Positions 9,816-19,082 of a stretch of DNA of 64,000 nt are shown here, piece by piece; position 1 is the stretch's first letter, and each line of letters begins with the position of its first letter. The stretch is from a virus (taxonomy: Duplodnaviria > Heunggongvirae > Uroviricota > Caudoviricetes): the IMG/VR virus record IMGVR_UViG_3300032030_000013. One strand, given 5' to 3'. A program made the position numbers and the translations under genes. The notes beneath the pieces are model-generated. The model was given only the letters and a program-made list of their open reading frames with translations, was not told where the DNA came from and ran no database searches.

Positions 9816-10277
9816 TTATTCATAAATTTCACATGTTATATCTATATCATTTAAATATTTTATCATAAGTGGTTTTACTTGTGTTTCCCAATCAAGTTTA
9901 CCATTTGCACATCCTAACTTAGGCCATGCTATTGATGCAATATTCCATTTTTTATAATTGTTTACAAAGTTTTGTAGTCCACGTTCTATCCATTCTATCT
10001 TTGATGGATATTGCCACATTACTTTTGTCGCAAAACAAAGTATCTTTCTTTGTTTGAACATATCTACATAATCCCAAATCCATATATCTCCACCATGTGA
10101 TAAATGATGTTCTCTTGTATTATTTTTGCATACATATCTGTATTCATTAAACATCTCAGGATATCGTTGCTTATATTGTAATGCGATGCCTTTTCCCATT
10201 ACACCCATACAATTAACAGTATTGACTAATGTCTGACATTCAGAATCAAATATATTACCCGTTTTGAATATTATCAT
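9816..10277 (-). CDS. macro domain protein, TARG1/OARD1/DarG-like (ADP-ribose binding or removal)
   Basis: GNIFDSECQTLVNTVNCMGVMGKGIALQYKQRYPEMF is the macro-domain core. The C-terminal PKLGCANGKLDWETQV...DIDITCEIYE parallels TARG1 PRIGCGLDRLQWENV...DIKITVYT (recall-based). Confidence 0.65.
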   Translation of the reverse strand: MIIFKTGNIFDSECQTLVNTVNCMGVMGKGIALQYKQRYPEMFNEYRYVCKNNTREHHLSHGGDIWIWDYVDMFKQRKILCFATKVMWQYPSKIEWIERGLQNFVNNYKKWNIASIAWPKLGCANGKLDWETQVKPLMIKYLNDIDITCEIYE

Positions 10278-10701
10278 GTTGCATTTTGATATAGTTTAAT
10301 TTTTCATTAAGTTCTATTAAGTTCTTTTTTCCTTTTTCTATAACTTCTTCTACATTTTTAATACTATCTTCTAATCCTTTTACATATTTATTCCAAAGTG
10401 CATCTTTATCAAAACAACACATTATAGATATTATATCTTTATCATTCCAATCACATTTTAATGTTGGCAATAAATCTGTCAACAAAGGAATATTATAATC
10501 ACGTCTTTTCCCAGTATCAAATAATGATATATATTTATCTGAACCATCAGGAAGCTTAACTGTCAAATCATAATATCCTGTCCAAAGTTGCTTCTTAATA
10601 TTGATATTTGTAACAATCAATGGAACCAACTGTGGCTTAACACCTTCAGATATAGTCCAAAGTATATCATTTACTTTAATGTCTTTTGCAAACTTACTCA
10701 T
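10255..10701 (-). CDS. hypothetical protein
   Basis: 148-aa ORF. Confidence 0.45.
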   Translation of the reverse strand: MSKFAKDIKVNDILWTISEGVKPQLVPLIVTNINIKKQLWTGYYDLTVKLPDGSDKYISLFDTGKRRDYNIPLLTDLLPTLKCDWNDKDIISIMCCFDKDALWNKYVKGLEDSIKNVEEVIEKGKKNLIELNEKLNYIKMQHDNIQNG

Positions 10702-11134
10702 AAATTTTATGATTTCTTCTAATGTTTTCTAAATCAGATATTTCATTCTTATAAGTTTCAATAATAGATTTATATTCATTAATTTTATTATCTATCATTA
10801 AATTAACTAATGAGCAAAGATATAATTTATCATCTATTGGTGATATAATGAAATCTCCATATTTAATTCTCAATTCACGAGCCCATTCTGTTTCTTTTGA
10901 TACAGGCAAATATGAAAAACTACATTTATTCTTATTGATTGGAAGATTAACTTTAATACGTTTTCCATTTTCATCAGTATATTTAAAAGTCAATCTATAT
11001 ATGAACTTATATTCTTTCATATTGATAACTTCTGTTTCCTGATATTTATATTCACATACTTGACCACATATAGGATATATAGGTATCAATAAATATAAGT
11101 TATCTCCCTTCTTTAAGTTTGACCAAAAATCCAT
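10694..11134 (-). CDS. hypothetical protein
   Basis: 146-aa ORF. Confidence 0.45.
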   Translation of the reverse strand: MDFWSNLKKGDNLYLLIPIYPICGQVCEYKYQETEVINMKEYKFIYRLTFKYTDENGKRIKVNLPINKNKCSFSYLPVSKETEWARELRIKYGDFIISPIDDKLYLCSLVNLMIDNKINEYKSIIETYKNEISDLENIRRNHKIYE

Positions 11135-11136
11135 AA

Positions 11137-11535
11137 TTATGCTGCTTCTTTAAGTTCTTTTTCATCTTTATTTTCTTTCTCTTCAAACATTGGAATATCC
11201 TTCTTAATTAATTGTGAATCTGATTCATCACAGAATATATCTAAATATCTTGTTACATGAGTTAATGTATTTTCAATATTCCACTTTCCTTCTGAATTAA
11301 TAAATCCTACTCTATATGAATATCTATATCCAAAAGTCATATCTAATGTAAGTATCTGACAAAGATATAATTTAGGCAATCCGTATTGATTCTTTTCTTT
11401 CTTTGGAATATCTTCTTTCCAATAAGGATTAAAATCTGCCCATTTTGCACCAGCTTCAAAAGACTCCTTATTTTTTGCTGAAGTATATTCTGCAGCATTT
11501 CTTATTTGTTCCTGTCTATTCTTACGTTTGTTCAT
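11137..11535 (-). CDS. hypothetical protein
   Basis: 132-aa ORF. Confidence 0.45.
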   Translation of the reverse strand: MNKRKNRQEQIRNAAEYTSAKNKESFEAGAKWADFNPYWKEDIPKKEKNQYGLPKLYLCQILTLDMTFGYRYSYRVGFINSEGKWNIENTLTHVTRYLDIFCDESDSQLIKKDIPMFEEKENKDEKELKEAA

Positions 11536-11840
11536 AATTTAAATTTTTCGATTATTTCACATTTACATTTATCTCCATAATGAACTTCATGCCAATCTTT
11601 GATGTAATTTTTCATTTCATCTAAAGTATGAGTTGTATGTTGGATTCTTTCTCCTTCATAACCACATTCATGTCCTACCTTATGCCAAAATCCAAATATA
11701 CGACCTTTACGTTTTACTTCATACCATTCGCTTCTTTCAATTGAAGTTTTTTCAGGTATATATTTTTCACTATCTGGAAATTTACCTGGGTGTGTAACTT
11801 TTAATGTCTTTGAATGCTTTTTGATTATTTTATATTTCAT
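11532..11840 (-). CDS. hypothetical protein (His/Cys-containing)
   Basis: 102-aa ORF. Confidence 0.4.
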   Translation of the reverse strand: MKYKIIKKHSKTLKVTHPGKFPDSEKYIPEKTSIERSEWYEVKRKGRIFGFWHKVGHECGYEGERIQHTTHTLDEMKNYIKDWHEVHYGDKCKCEIIEKFKL

Positions 11841-11855
11841 ATATTGTTTACCATA

Positions 11856-12107
11856 TCAATTTAATTTACTATACTGCTCTGATATACGTTCTAAAAACTT
11901 ATTACAATTTAATTCAAGTTCTTTTGCAATATTTCTTAATTTTATAATATCCGAAAAATCTTGTTCGTAACATCCTGTATTAAAGTAATCATTTGTTTCT
12001 TCACGTATTATTTTACGATGTCTAATATTAAGACGAACTTTTAATAACTCAATTAATCTTTTATTTAATCGTTTTTCAATAAACTTATCTATACAATTAC
12101 CTTTCAT
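11856..12107 (-). CDS. hypothetical small protein
   Basis: 83 aa. Confidence 0.35.
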   Translation of the reverse strand: MKGNCIDKFIEKRLNKRLIELLKVRLNIRHRKIIREETNDYFNTGCYEQDFSDIIKLRNIAKELELNCNKFLERISEQYSKLN

Positions 12108-12115
12108 AAGTTTTA

Positions 12116-12373
12116 CTATTTAAAATTAAGAACTTCTATGCGTTGTTTATCTTTATTATCTATTAATTTACAAGTTATACGAACAATTGATTTATCATAA
12201 AACTTATAATCTATTGATCCATCTTCATTACGGGTTTCATCAATTTTAAATGAGTAATCTGACCAATCTATGTTATGATAAATATATTCATTATTTTCAT
12301 CTATTCCTGGATAAAAATATAAATGCTTATAATTTTCTTTATCTATATATATTGAAACAAATCCTGGTATCAT
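12116..12373 (-). CDS. hypothetical small protein
   Basis: 85 aa. Confidence 0.35.
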   Translation of the reverse strand: MIPGFVSIYIDKENYKHLYFYPGIDENNEYIYHNIDWSDYSFKIDETRNEDGSIDYKFYDKSIVRITCKLIDNKDKQRIEVLNFK

Positions 12374-12813
12374 TGCGGAAAATTTGATGGGTCGTCATAT
12401 GATTTATATCTTCCTATATTACTATCTATAATTGGTGTTTTATTATTTTCTGTTGCTTTCTTAATTTCTGCTGCATGATATTTTTCCATATCTGAAAAAT
12501 CTTTAGGTTCCATACCTAATTTATTCATGCAATTGTCTTTTGTTCTATCATCAGCAAAATTAGCATACTTATTCTTAAACTTTTCAAATTCTTCTTGTAA
12601 ATGTTTTAAATCATTTTGAAGTTCATCTGCTATTAATACATCTTTATCGATACAATTAGCAAACATTTTATTAACCCGTAATCCTGGAAGAATATCTTCA
12701 TTTCTTAATAAAGATTTCATTATTTTACTTTCAGTATCAGGATTATATTCATCATAATATTCAACTTCTAAAAAGAACGGAACTTTTGCCTGATGCCATT
12801 GATTATTATCCAT
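12370..12813 (-). CDS. hypothetical protein
   Basis: 147 aa. Confidence 0.45.
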   Translation of the reverse strand: MDNNQWHQAKVPFFLEVEYYDEYNPDTESKIMKSLLRNEDILPGLRVNKMFANCIDKDVLIADELQNDLKHLQEEFEKFKNKYANFADDRTKDNCMNKLGMEPKDFSDMEKYHAAEIKKATENNKTPIIDSNIGRYKSYDDPSNFPQ

Positions 12814-12845
12814 TTAAATTTAAGTCTATATATTTATATCAAAAA

Positions 12846-12881
12846 TAGACAATACTTAGAAAAAGTTCTAAATATTGTCTA
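12846..12881 (-). terminator. putative terminator hairpin (TAGACAATA...TATTGTCTA plus T-run on minus strand)
   Basis: Extended imperfect inverted repeat 3' of 12905..13207. Confidence 0.35.
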
Positions 12882-12904
12882 ATATTATTAAAATTGTAAA
12901 TTAA

Positions 12905-13207
12905 TTATAAGTATTCTTTGAATTTTGGATTAATGCCAAAATCTGTTTCATTTTCATTATATTCTCTTGAAGATAAGACTCTATAATTGCCAGTATCTTC
13001 TAAATCATATATTTCATTATATTGAGCAACTATCCAATATTCTTTATCTTGGTTTTCTTTCTTAAGTTTTTGAATTTCATGTATGCATTTCACAAGATCA
13101 CCAGTGCCCCAATTTGATACTAATGATTCATCTGACATATCTATAATACAGAATCCACTTAAAACTTTATCTATTGCTTCATTAATAAAATTTACTATAT
13201 CTTTCAT
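12905..13207 (-). CDS. hypothetical protein, tag family (MKDIVNFINE)
   Basis: Family N-terminus. 100 aa. Confidence 0.5.
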   Translation of the reverse strand: MKDIVNFINEAIDKVLSGFCIIDMSDESLVSNWGTGDLVKCIHEIQKLKKENQDKEYWIVAQYNEIYDLEDTGNYRVLSSREYNENETDFGINPKFKEYL

Positions 13208-13336
13208 TATTTATTTTATATATGTTTGATATATAATCTTCTATTTTTAATAATTGACGTTTGATAGCATACCTATAAACACCACATTCAACGCATTCTT
13301 TAATAATATTATATTCTTTTATATAATTTTAAATAT

Positions 13337-13555
13337 TTACCAACCCATTTTATCAACTATTTCAATTGCTTGATCAATAACTACTTTAGTTGCACTGGTA
13401 GGTTTTTTTGATGCTACATACATTATTAAATCATATAAGATATTTTCATTACCATCTGAAACATTTGGTTTATTAAAATAAGTATCAAATATTTCTTTTA
13501 AAGAATATTCTGTATATCCTTTGTTTTCATTTATTTTACTTATAATGTCTTTCAT
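13337..13555 (-). CDS. hypothetical small protein, tag family (MKDIISKINE)
   Basis: 72 aa. Confidence 0.4.
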   Translation of the reverse strand: MKDIISKINENKGYTEYSLKEIFDTYFNKPNVSDGNENILYDLIMYVASKKPTSATKVVIDQAIEIVDKMGW

Positions 13556-13571
13556 TTTGCTATTTATTAAT

Positions 13572-14486
13572 TTATTTTGTAACAGATTTCATAAATTTGT
13601 CATCTTTAAGTTTATTCATTGCAGAACCTTCTTTATCAGGCAATGCAGAACTTTTATCATCTTTATCTGTACCACCTTTGAATACTTGTGGCATATTCTT
13701 TCTATCTGGTGCAGTATCAAATGGATAATTATTTGACTTAATATCTAATAGACGTTCAACTATATAATCAACAGTAGTATCATAGTCATAGCATTCTTTT
13801 ATTTTTTCTACATATTGATCTATTAAGTCTTCATCAAGATTATCTTCTATATATTTCTTAATTTTCTTTTTGTCAAATGATTCATCAAAGAAATTAGGAC
13901 CCTTTACATTATTTGATGGAAGTTTACCATTATTATTATTCTTATCAGCTTTAACTGCTGCTATAGTTCCTTGTACTGCCTTAAGCATCTGAATTGGAGA
14001 AATATCACCATCATAATTAAATGATAATATCTTTCCTTTTGGATTTAATGCTATAGCTTGTAACCATGTATGATGACCGTCTATAACGTAATTCTCTCTA
14101 AACGTAACAATAGGCTTATTGATTTCTATAGGATCATTAAAAGTCTTTAACATTGATTCTTTATCAGTCAATGCATATTTTAAAGACTTATCTAAATCTA
14201 TGTTTGCTTGTGTTGGCATTAATTGAGATACTGGAATTTCTTTAACTGAAAATGTTAATTTTGTATCTCCAAGTTCACCTCCAAAACCATCTTCTAATAA
14301 TGCAGCTGATTTTGGATCTTCAAGCATCTTATTTAAAGTTTCTACATAATCATCATACTTCTTATGTTTCAACCACTTCTCAAGCTCCTTACGACGTTGC
14401 TTATTAGAAGCGGTTGAAACTTCACGAGATTCAAATAAGAAACTAGATAAGTTTATATTATCTATGTAATTATTTATAGATTTCAT
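13572..14486 (-). CDS. hypothetical protein, tag family (MKSINNYIDN); weak ParB/Srx-fold-like stretch (YVIDGHHTW), unverified
   Basis: 304 aa. The functional assignment rests on motif resemblance only. Confidence 0.5.
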   Translation of the reverse strand: MKSINNYIDNINLSSFLFESREVSTASNKQRRKELEKWLKHKKYDDYVETLNKMLEDPKSAALLEDGFGGELGDTKLTFSVKEIPVSQLMPTQANIDLDKSLKYALTDKESMLKTFNDPIEINKPIVTFRENYVIDGHHTWLQAIALNPKGKILSFNYDGDISPIQMLKAVQGTIAAVKADKNNNNGKLPSNNVKGPNFFDESFDKKKIKKYIEDNLDEDLIDQYVEKIKECYDYDTTVDYIVERLLDIKSNNYPFDTAPDRKNMPQVFKGGTDKDDKSSALPDKEGSAMNKLKDDKFMKSVTK

Positions 14487-14502
14487 CTAAATATATAATT
14501 TT

Positions 14503-14787
14503 TTATATTTTATATGTTTTTAATTTAGATGCTTTATCTACAATTGCTTCAACTATTGATTTTACATCTTTCTTTTCAGGCTTACAATCTATACGATATA
14601 GAAATGTATATAGTTCATGAAGTGATTGTTCATCATCAAACCACTTATTGACTATTTCTCTGCATGGTACTTCTCCATCAACTTCATTTAATGATATAAT
14701 AGCATGTATGAAAGCATTTTGCCATGAATATGCAAATTTATCTTCATTAATCTGGGTTTCTAATAGTTTTTCTTTAATGTCTTTCAT
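14503..14787 (-). CDS. hypothetical protein (degenerate tag MKDIKEKLLE)
   Basis: 94 aa. Confidence 0.4.
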   Translation of the reverse strand: MKDIKEKLLETQINEDKFAYSWQNAFIHAIISLNEVDGEVPCREIVNKWFDDEQSLHELYTFLYRIDCKPEKKDVKSIVEAIVDKASKLKTYKI

Positions 14788-14792
14788 AATTA

Positions 14793-15152
14793 TTAATATT
14801 CAATTTCTCCACCAAAGTAATTAAGAGCATCACATTCAAATTCTTTACCATCTAATTTGAATGATATTGACCAGCAATTACCAATATCTGTTGATGTTAC
14901 TTTAATTTGTTTATCCCAGTTCTTTTTAAAGAATTCTGCAATTTCTTTACATCCTTTTTCTGGATCTGAATCATCAAAATTATCAAACCAACCATTATCT
15001 AAAAGTCCTTCACAGTCTTCTTGATTAATTATTGATTTATCTGCTTTACCATCTGGAGCTTCGCATCCACAATACCATTGATAAAAATCTGCTAATGTTG
15101 CAGTATCTACATGTTTCTTACCTTCTAAGATAAATTGCTTAATGTCTTTCAT
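14793..15152 (-). CDS. hypothetical protein, tag family (MKDIKQFILE)
   Basis: 119 aa. Confidence 0.5.
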   Translation of the reverse strand: MKDIKQFILEGKKHVDTATLADFYQWYCGCEAPDGKADKSIINQEDCEGLLDNGWFDNFDDSDPEKGCKEIAEFFKKNWDKQIKVTSTDIGNCWSISFKLDGKEFECDALNYFGGEIEY

Positions 15153-15178
15153 AATTATTAAAATATATATTTTTTTAT

Positions 15179-16126
15179 TTAAATTAATTTATCAATATTA
15201 AATGAATAATTTTTAAATTCTTTAATTTGAATATTATTACAAAGAATCTTTGGAACTAATTGATTAAATTTTTTATCAAATTTTTTCCATGATATATTTA
15301 ATTCTTTTTTTATTTCATTAAATGATTTATTACTTTCAAATAATGAATTATATTGTTTTTCTATATATTTTTTATTATCATTATTTATATTTTCTAATCC
15401 TATAATAAATGTTCCTAAATCAAAATATATTTTCCAAATATGATGATCTTTAATTGCTCTTTTAAATTTTTCGTAATCTAAATTATCTGCACTAATATGA
15501 TATTTTTTTATAATATCTTTAATACATAATTCTAAAGATGAAAAATATGCATTACGTTCTTGTGAATTAAAGAAATATTTACATCTACTTAAATATCTTT
15601 TAATATCATTAATATTATTTATATTAATATAAGATTTTTTATAATTTATATTCCAAAGATCAAATATGCCTTTTTTATTTGATGATTTTCTACAATAATC
15701 TTCATATCCATGTAACATTTCATGCAATATTAATTCTATATAATCATCAATATAATCAATAAATGTTTCTTTATCTAAACATAATATTTCAATTTCTAAA
15801 ACATCATTATCAATATTTAAATAACTTGCATTAATTAAATCTTTATTTATTATATCTATTTTAATTTTCTTAAAAAATACATCATAATTATCACAATTAA
15901 TTTCTTGTGAATTAAAATTAGATTTAAGTTCAGTAATTATATGATTTAATACTTTATGAGCATTTTTAAAATTTCCTAATGATTCTTTTAATTGAATATT
16001 TGGGATTATACCACTACCATATTTTGTATATACTATTATAGAAATATGATTGCATAATCTTTCTAATAATTCATTTTCATATAATTTATTAGTATTTTCT
16101 AATATGTAATTATTTAAATCTTTCAT
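15179..16126 (-). CDS. hypothetical protein with HExxH zinc-metallopeptidase-like motif, tag family (MKDLNNYILE)
   Basis: ELILHEMLHGYED contains HEMLH. 315 aa. Confidence 0.5.
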   Translation of the reverse strand: MKDLNNYILENTNKLYENELLERLCNHISIIVYTKYGSGIIPNIQLKESLGNFKNAHKVLNHIITELKSNFNSQEINCDNYDVFFKKIKIDIINKDLINASYLNIDNDVLEIEILCLDKETFIDYIDDYIELILHEMLHGYEDYCRKSSNKKGIFDLWNINYKKSYININNINDIKRYLSRCKYFFNSQERNAYFSSLELCIKDIIKKYHISADNLDYEKFKRAIKDHHIWKIYFDLGTFIIGLENINNDNKKYIEKQYNSLFESNKSFNEIKKELNISWKKFDKKFNQLVPKILCNNIQIKEFKNYSFNIDKLI

Positions 16127-16127
16127 A

Positions 16128-16667
16128 TTATTTTCTATACTCTAATGAGTCTTCATCAAATTTTATTTCAATAGGATAATCTTTATTTGCATCATTAGAT
16201 TCTGCTGCACGGAATATATCTTTAAGTTTTTCCTCAACATTATCATCAGTTACATCAACCATATCAAATCTATCAAAATTAATTATATACTTAAGATTTT
16301 TAATTTTAAAGTAATCTAATTTAACATCATCATTAGTTTTCTTAAGATCAAATTTTGAATCCCATTCGATGAATTCTTTTGGTTCTATATCAATATGCTC
16401 AAATGTATCATATTCAAAATGTACATCTGATATACTGTCATTATTTTTTCCAAAGAATTGTTCTGAATAATCTTGTCCTGATGGTAAAGAATTAAGCCAC
16501 ATATCATCCATATATTGTTGAATATCAGATTCTTGATATGTTTCTGGTGCTTGAAGTATAATTTCTTCAGGTTGAACTAAATATGTAGCTTCAACTTCAT
16601 TTAATCTATAAGCTTCAACAGCTTCAACTATATTATGTTCTAATATATAATTTCTAATATCTTTCAT
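16128..16667 (-). CDS. hypothetical acidic protein, tag family (MKDIRNYILE)
   Basis: 179 aa. Confidence 0.5.
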   Translation of the reverse strand: MKDIRNYILEHNIVEAVEAYRLNEVEATYLVQPEEIILQAPETYQESDIQQYMDDMWLNSLPSGQDYSEQFFGKNNDSISDVHFEYDTFEHIDIEPKEFIEWDSKFDLKKTNDDVKLDYFKIKNLKYIINFDRFDMVDVTDDNVEEKLKDIFRAAESNDANKDYPIEIKFDEDSLEYRK

Positions 16668-16696
16668 TATATTATCTTATATTTAATTGTAATCAC

Positions 16697-17056
16697 TTAT
16701 TTATCTATAGCATAAACACTGTTTAATCCATATCCACAGCAAAAAACAGTATGCCCAGATGTTTTACGTTTTATATATACAAACCATTCAAAATCTCCAA
16801 GCTCGTCTTCATCAAATTCATATAAATCTTTTTTAATGATATCACCTTTATCTTTAATTATCCTAATGTTTTCTGTATAACTTTTATCTTTTATAGATTT
16901 AAATGGTTTACCTATAATAGTTATATCTTCACCATTAGAATCTTTACCTGGAGTTTCTGGTCCTTTGATATTTTCAGGTTCTATATAATTTTTCTTAAAC
17001 TTAGTATTTTTATTTATAATAAGTTTTTCAAATATGAAATTATTTATATCTTTCAT
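16697..17056 (-). CDS. hypothetical protein, extended tag MKDINNFIFEKLIINKNTK
   Basis: Paralog of 17083..17451. Shared stretches ...YIEPE(N/D)I...ETPGKD... and C-terminal Y(G/T)xxxVY(A/G)(I/V)D. Confidence 0.5.
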   Translation of the reverse strand: MKDINNFIFEKLIINKNTKFKKNYIEPENIKGPETPGKDSNGEDITIIGKPFKSIKDKSYTENIRIIKDKGDIIKKDLYEFDEDELGDFEWFVYIKRKTSGHTVFCCGYGLNSVYAIDK

Positions 17057-17082
17057 TTTATATAACTATTATTTATATTTGA

Positions 17083-17451
17083 TTATTCATCTACCCCGTA
17101 AACACCTTCAGGGCCGTATGTATAACAGTTTAATTCTTTATCACCTTTATGAGCGGCATATACGAAATATGTATCATCATCATAATCATTTAAATTATCT
17201 ATATCTGCTAAATCGTTATATACTACATATTTTGATTTTCGTATATATCTAAGTGTTTCTAAATAATTTTGATCTTTTGGTTTTGTTGTAAATGGTTTTC
17301 CTACAATAACAACATCATCTCCAAAGTAATCTTTACCTGGAGTTTCCATATCTTCTATATCTTCTGGCTCTATATAATCTCTTTTAGATGATATTTTAGT
17401 GTTCTTATTGATGATTAGTTTTTCATTAATCGAATCAACTATTGATTTCAT
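17083..17451 (-). CDS. hypothetical protein, extended tag MKSIVDSINEKLIINKNTK; tandem paralog of 16697..17056
   Basis: 122 aa. Similar throughout to the neighbouring gene. Confidence 0.5.
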   Translation of the reverse strand: MKSIVDSINEKLIINKNTKISSKRDYIEPEDIEDMETPGKDYFGDDVVIVGKPFTTKPKDQNYLETLRYIRKSKYVVYNDLADIDNLNDYDDDTYFVYAAHKGDKELNCYTYGPEGVYGVDE

Positions 17452-17457
17452 ATTTAA

Positions 17458-17835
17458 TTATTCACCTTTATTTATAATTTCGTTTATAATATCATATGCG
17501 TGAATCCATAAAGCTTGAGCTATGTTTACTTCTTTACACTTATATTTATCATCATTAGCAATCATATCTAAAAATTTTTGTTCAAATGTTAAATAAGAAG
17601 GTAATTCTTCATTTTCATATGCTTGTTGTAAATCATCAATATCTTCATATCCTGATAATTCATCTAAAATTCTTTCTGGTTTTACTTTAGATTCTTTCAA
17701 TGCTTTCTTTGTGAACTTAATCATATCAGATTTAGAAATATCTTTACATGACCAATAATCTTCACCAGTACTGCTCATTTTAATATTTTTATTTATAATT
17801 AATTTTTCAGATATGAAATTATTAATATTTTTCAT
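17458..17835 (-). CDS. hypothetical protein, extended tag MKNINNFISEKLIINKNIK
   Basis: 125 aa. Confidence 0.5.
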   Translation of the reverse strand: MKNINNFISEKLIINKNIKMSSTGEDYWSCKDISKSDMIKFTKKALKESKVKPERILDELSGYEDIDDLQQAYENEELPSYLTFEQKFLDMIANDDKYKCKEVNIAQALWIHAYDIINEIINKGE

Positions 17836-18050
17836 TAAATATCTTTAAAATATTTTTTGAATTCTTTAGAAGATATACCTATTTGATCTATAAGCCACCA
17901 ATTATCATTAATTTTTGATGCTTTATATTCTGTATCAACTTTAAATGTCTTAGTTCCTGTCTTGCGTTCTATTGTAAGTTCTTTAATGCATTTAACATCA
18001 TGGCATTCTGAATAATCAGTTTGTTTTAAAGATTCAATAATATCTTTCAT
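17835..18050 (-). CDS. hypothetical small protein (degenerate tag MKDIIESLKQ)
   Basis: 71 aa. Confidence 0.4.
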   Translation of the reverse strand: MKDIIESLKQTDYSECHDVKCIKELTIERKTGTKTFKVDTEYKASKINDNWWLIDQIGISSKEFKKYFKDI

Positions 18051-18397
18051 AGTTTACGATTAATCATATATATTGTTTGTGCTAAAACTTCAATCATTGA
18101 TTGTTTTCCGATTGTAGCTAAACTGTATGTATTGATAACATCTCTTTGTGTTATTCCATTATCTCTTGTAAGAATATGATCTATAAGATAATTATTCATT
18201 GTATCCCATTGATCTTTCAAATCACCTTTCCACAAACGTTGTTCAATTTCTTCCATTGTGTAATTTGTATTATTATCTTTATCTATGGCATATTTTTTAA
18301 TCCATTCTTTATCTTCATCAGATAATTTTTTTACAAGAGATGCCCATTTATTGTGACAATCTTTACTTTCATTAATGAAGTTTGTAATATTTTTCAT
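18047..18397 (-). CDS. hypothetical protein, tag family (MKNITNFINE)
   Basis: 116 aa. Confidence 0.5.
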   Translation of the reverse strand: MKNITNFINESKDCHNKWASLVKKLSDEDKEWIKKYAIDKDNNTNYTMEEIEQRLWKGDLKDQWDTMNNYLIDHILTRDNGITQRDVINTYSLATIGKQSMIEVLAQTIYMINRKL

Positions 18398-18418
18398 TTA
18401 TATTATCAATATATTTAT

Positions 18419-18796
18419 TTACCAACCACATTTATCAGAATTATTATAGTCCCATTCAATCATATAATCCTCTTCTTCTTTTGTCAAGTCTTCACCTTCA
18501 TTACTTATTGTCTTAAGAAGATTACCAATAATAAACTTATAAAGACGTTTTCTATCATCAGTAGATAAATTTCCAGATTTAGCAGCCTTTAATGTTGCAG
18601 TTGCCAATTTAGATACAACTGATGATTTCTCAAGTGTTTCAATTTTAAAATCACCTGATTTATGTTTCTTTACAAGATTCTGTGCTAATGCCCAATATTG
18701 TTTATAAATATTTTCATTATTATCTAATTCCATGCAAGCATTGAATATAACATGATTTGCATTAGATTCCATTATGAATTCTTTAATATCTTTCAT
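18419..18796 (-). CDS. hypothetical protein, tag family (MKDIKEFIME)
   Basis: 125 aa. Confidence 0.5.
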   Translation of the reverse strand: MKDIKEFIMESNANHVIFNACMELDNNENIYKQYWALAQNLVKKHKSGDFKIETLEKSSVVSKLATATLKAAKSGNLSTDDRKRLYKFIIGNLLKTISNEGEDLTKEEEDYMIEWDYNNSDKCGW

Positions 18797-18798
18797 AA

Positions 18799-19059
18799 TT
18801 ATTTTAATTTTACATATATATTTACAGAATCCTCAAAACTTTCCATTGGTTTTAATTTTAAAACTTTTTCTGTTGCTTCTCCAAAGAAATCTTTATCTTT
18901 TTTAATTTCTTCAATAGTTGCAAATTCAATTATTTTATCTTCAATATTTATGATAAATATATCTGGATCTTTAATTCCTTTACAATCTGTAGACCAAATA
19001 GTATTTTTAATTTGTTCTTCAGAGTTCATTTCAGTTATAAAATTATTAATATCTTTCAT
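18799..19059 (-). CDS. hypothetical protein, tag family (MKDINNFITE)
   Basis: 86 aa. Confidence 0.45.
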   Translation of the reverse strand: MKDINNFITEMNSEEQIKNTIWSTDCKGIKDPDIFIINIEDKIIEFATIEEIKKDKDFFGEATEKVLKLKPMESFEDSVNIYVKLK

Positions 19060-19082
19060 TACTCTTCATCATATATATATTT

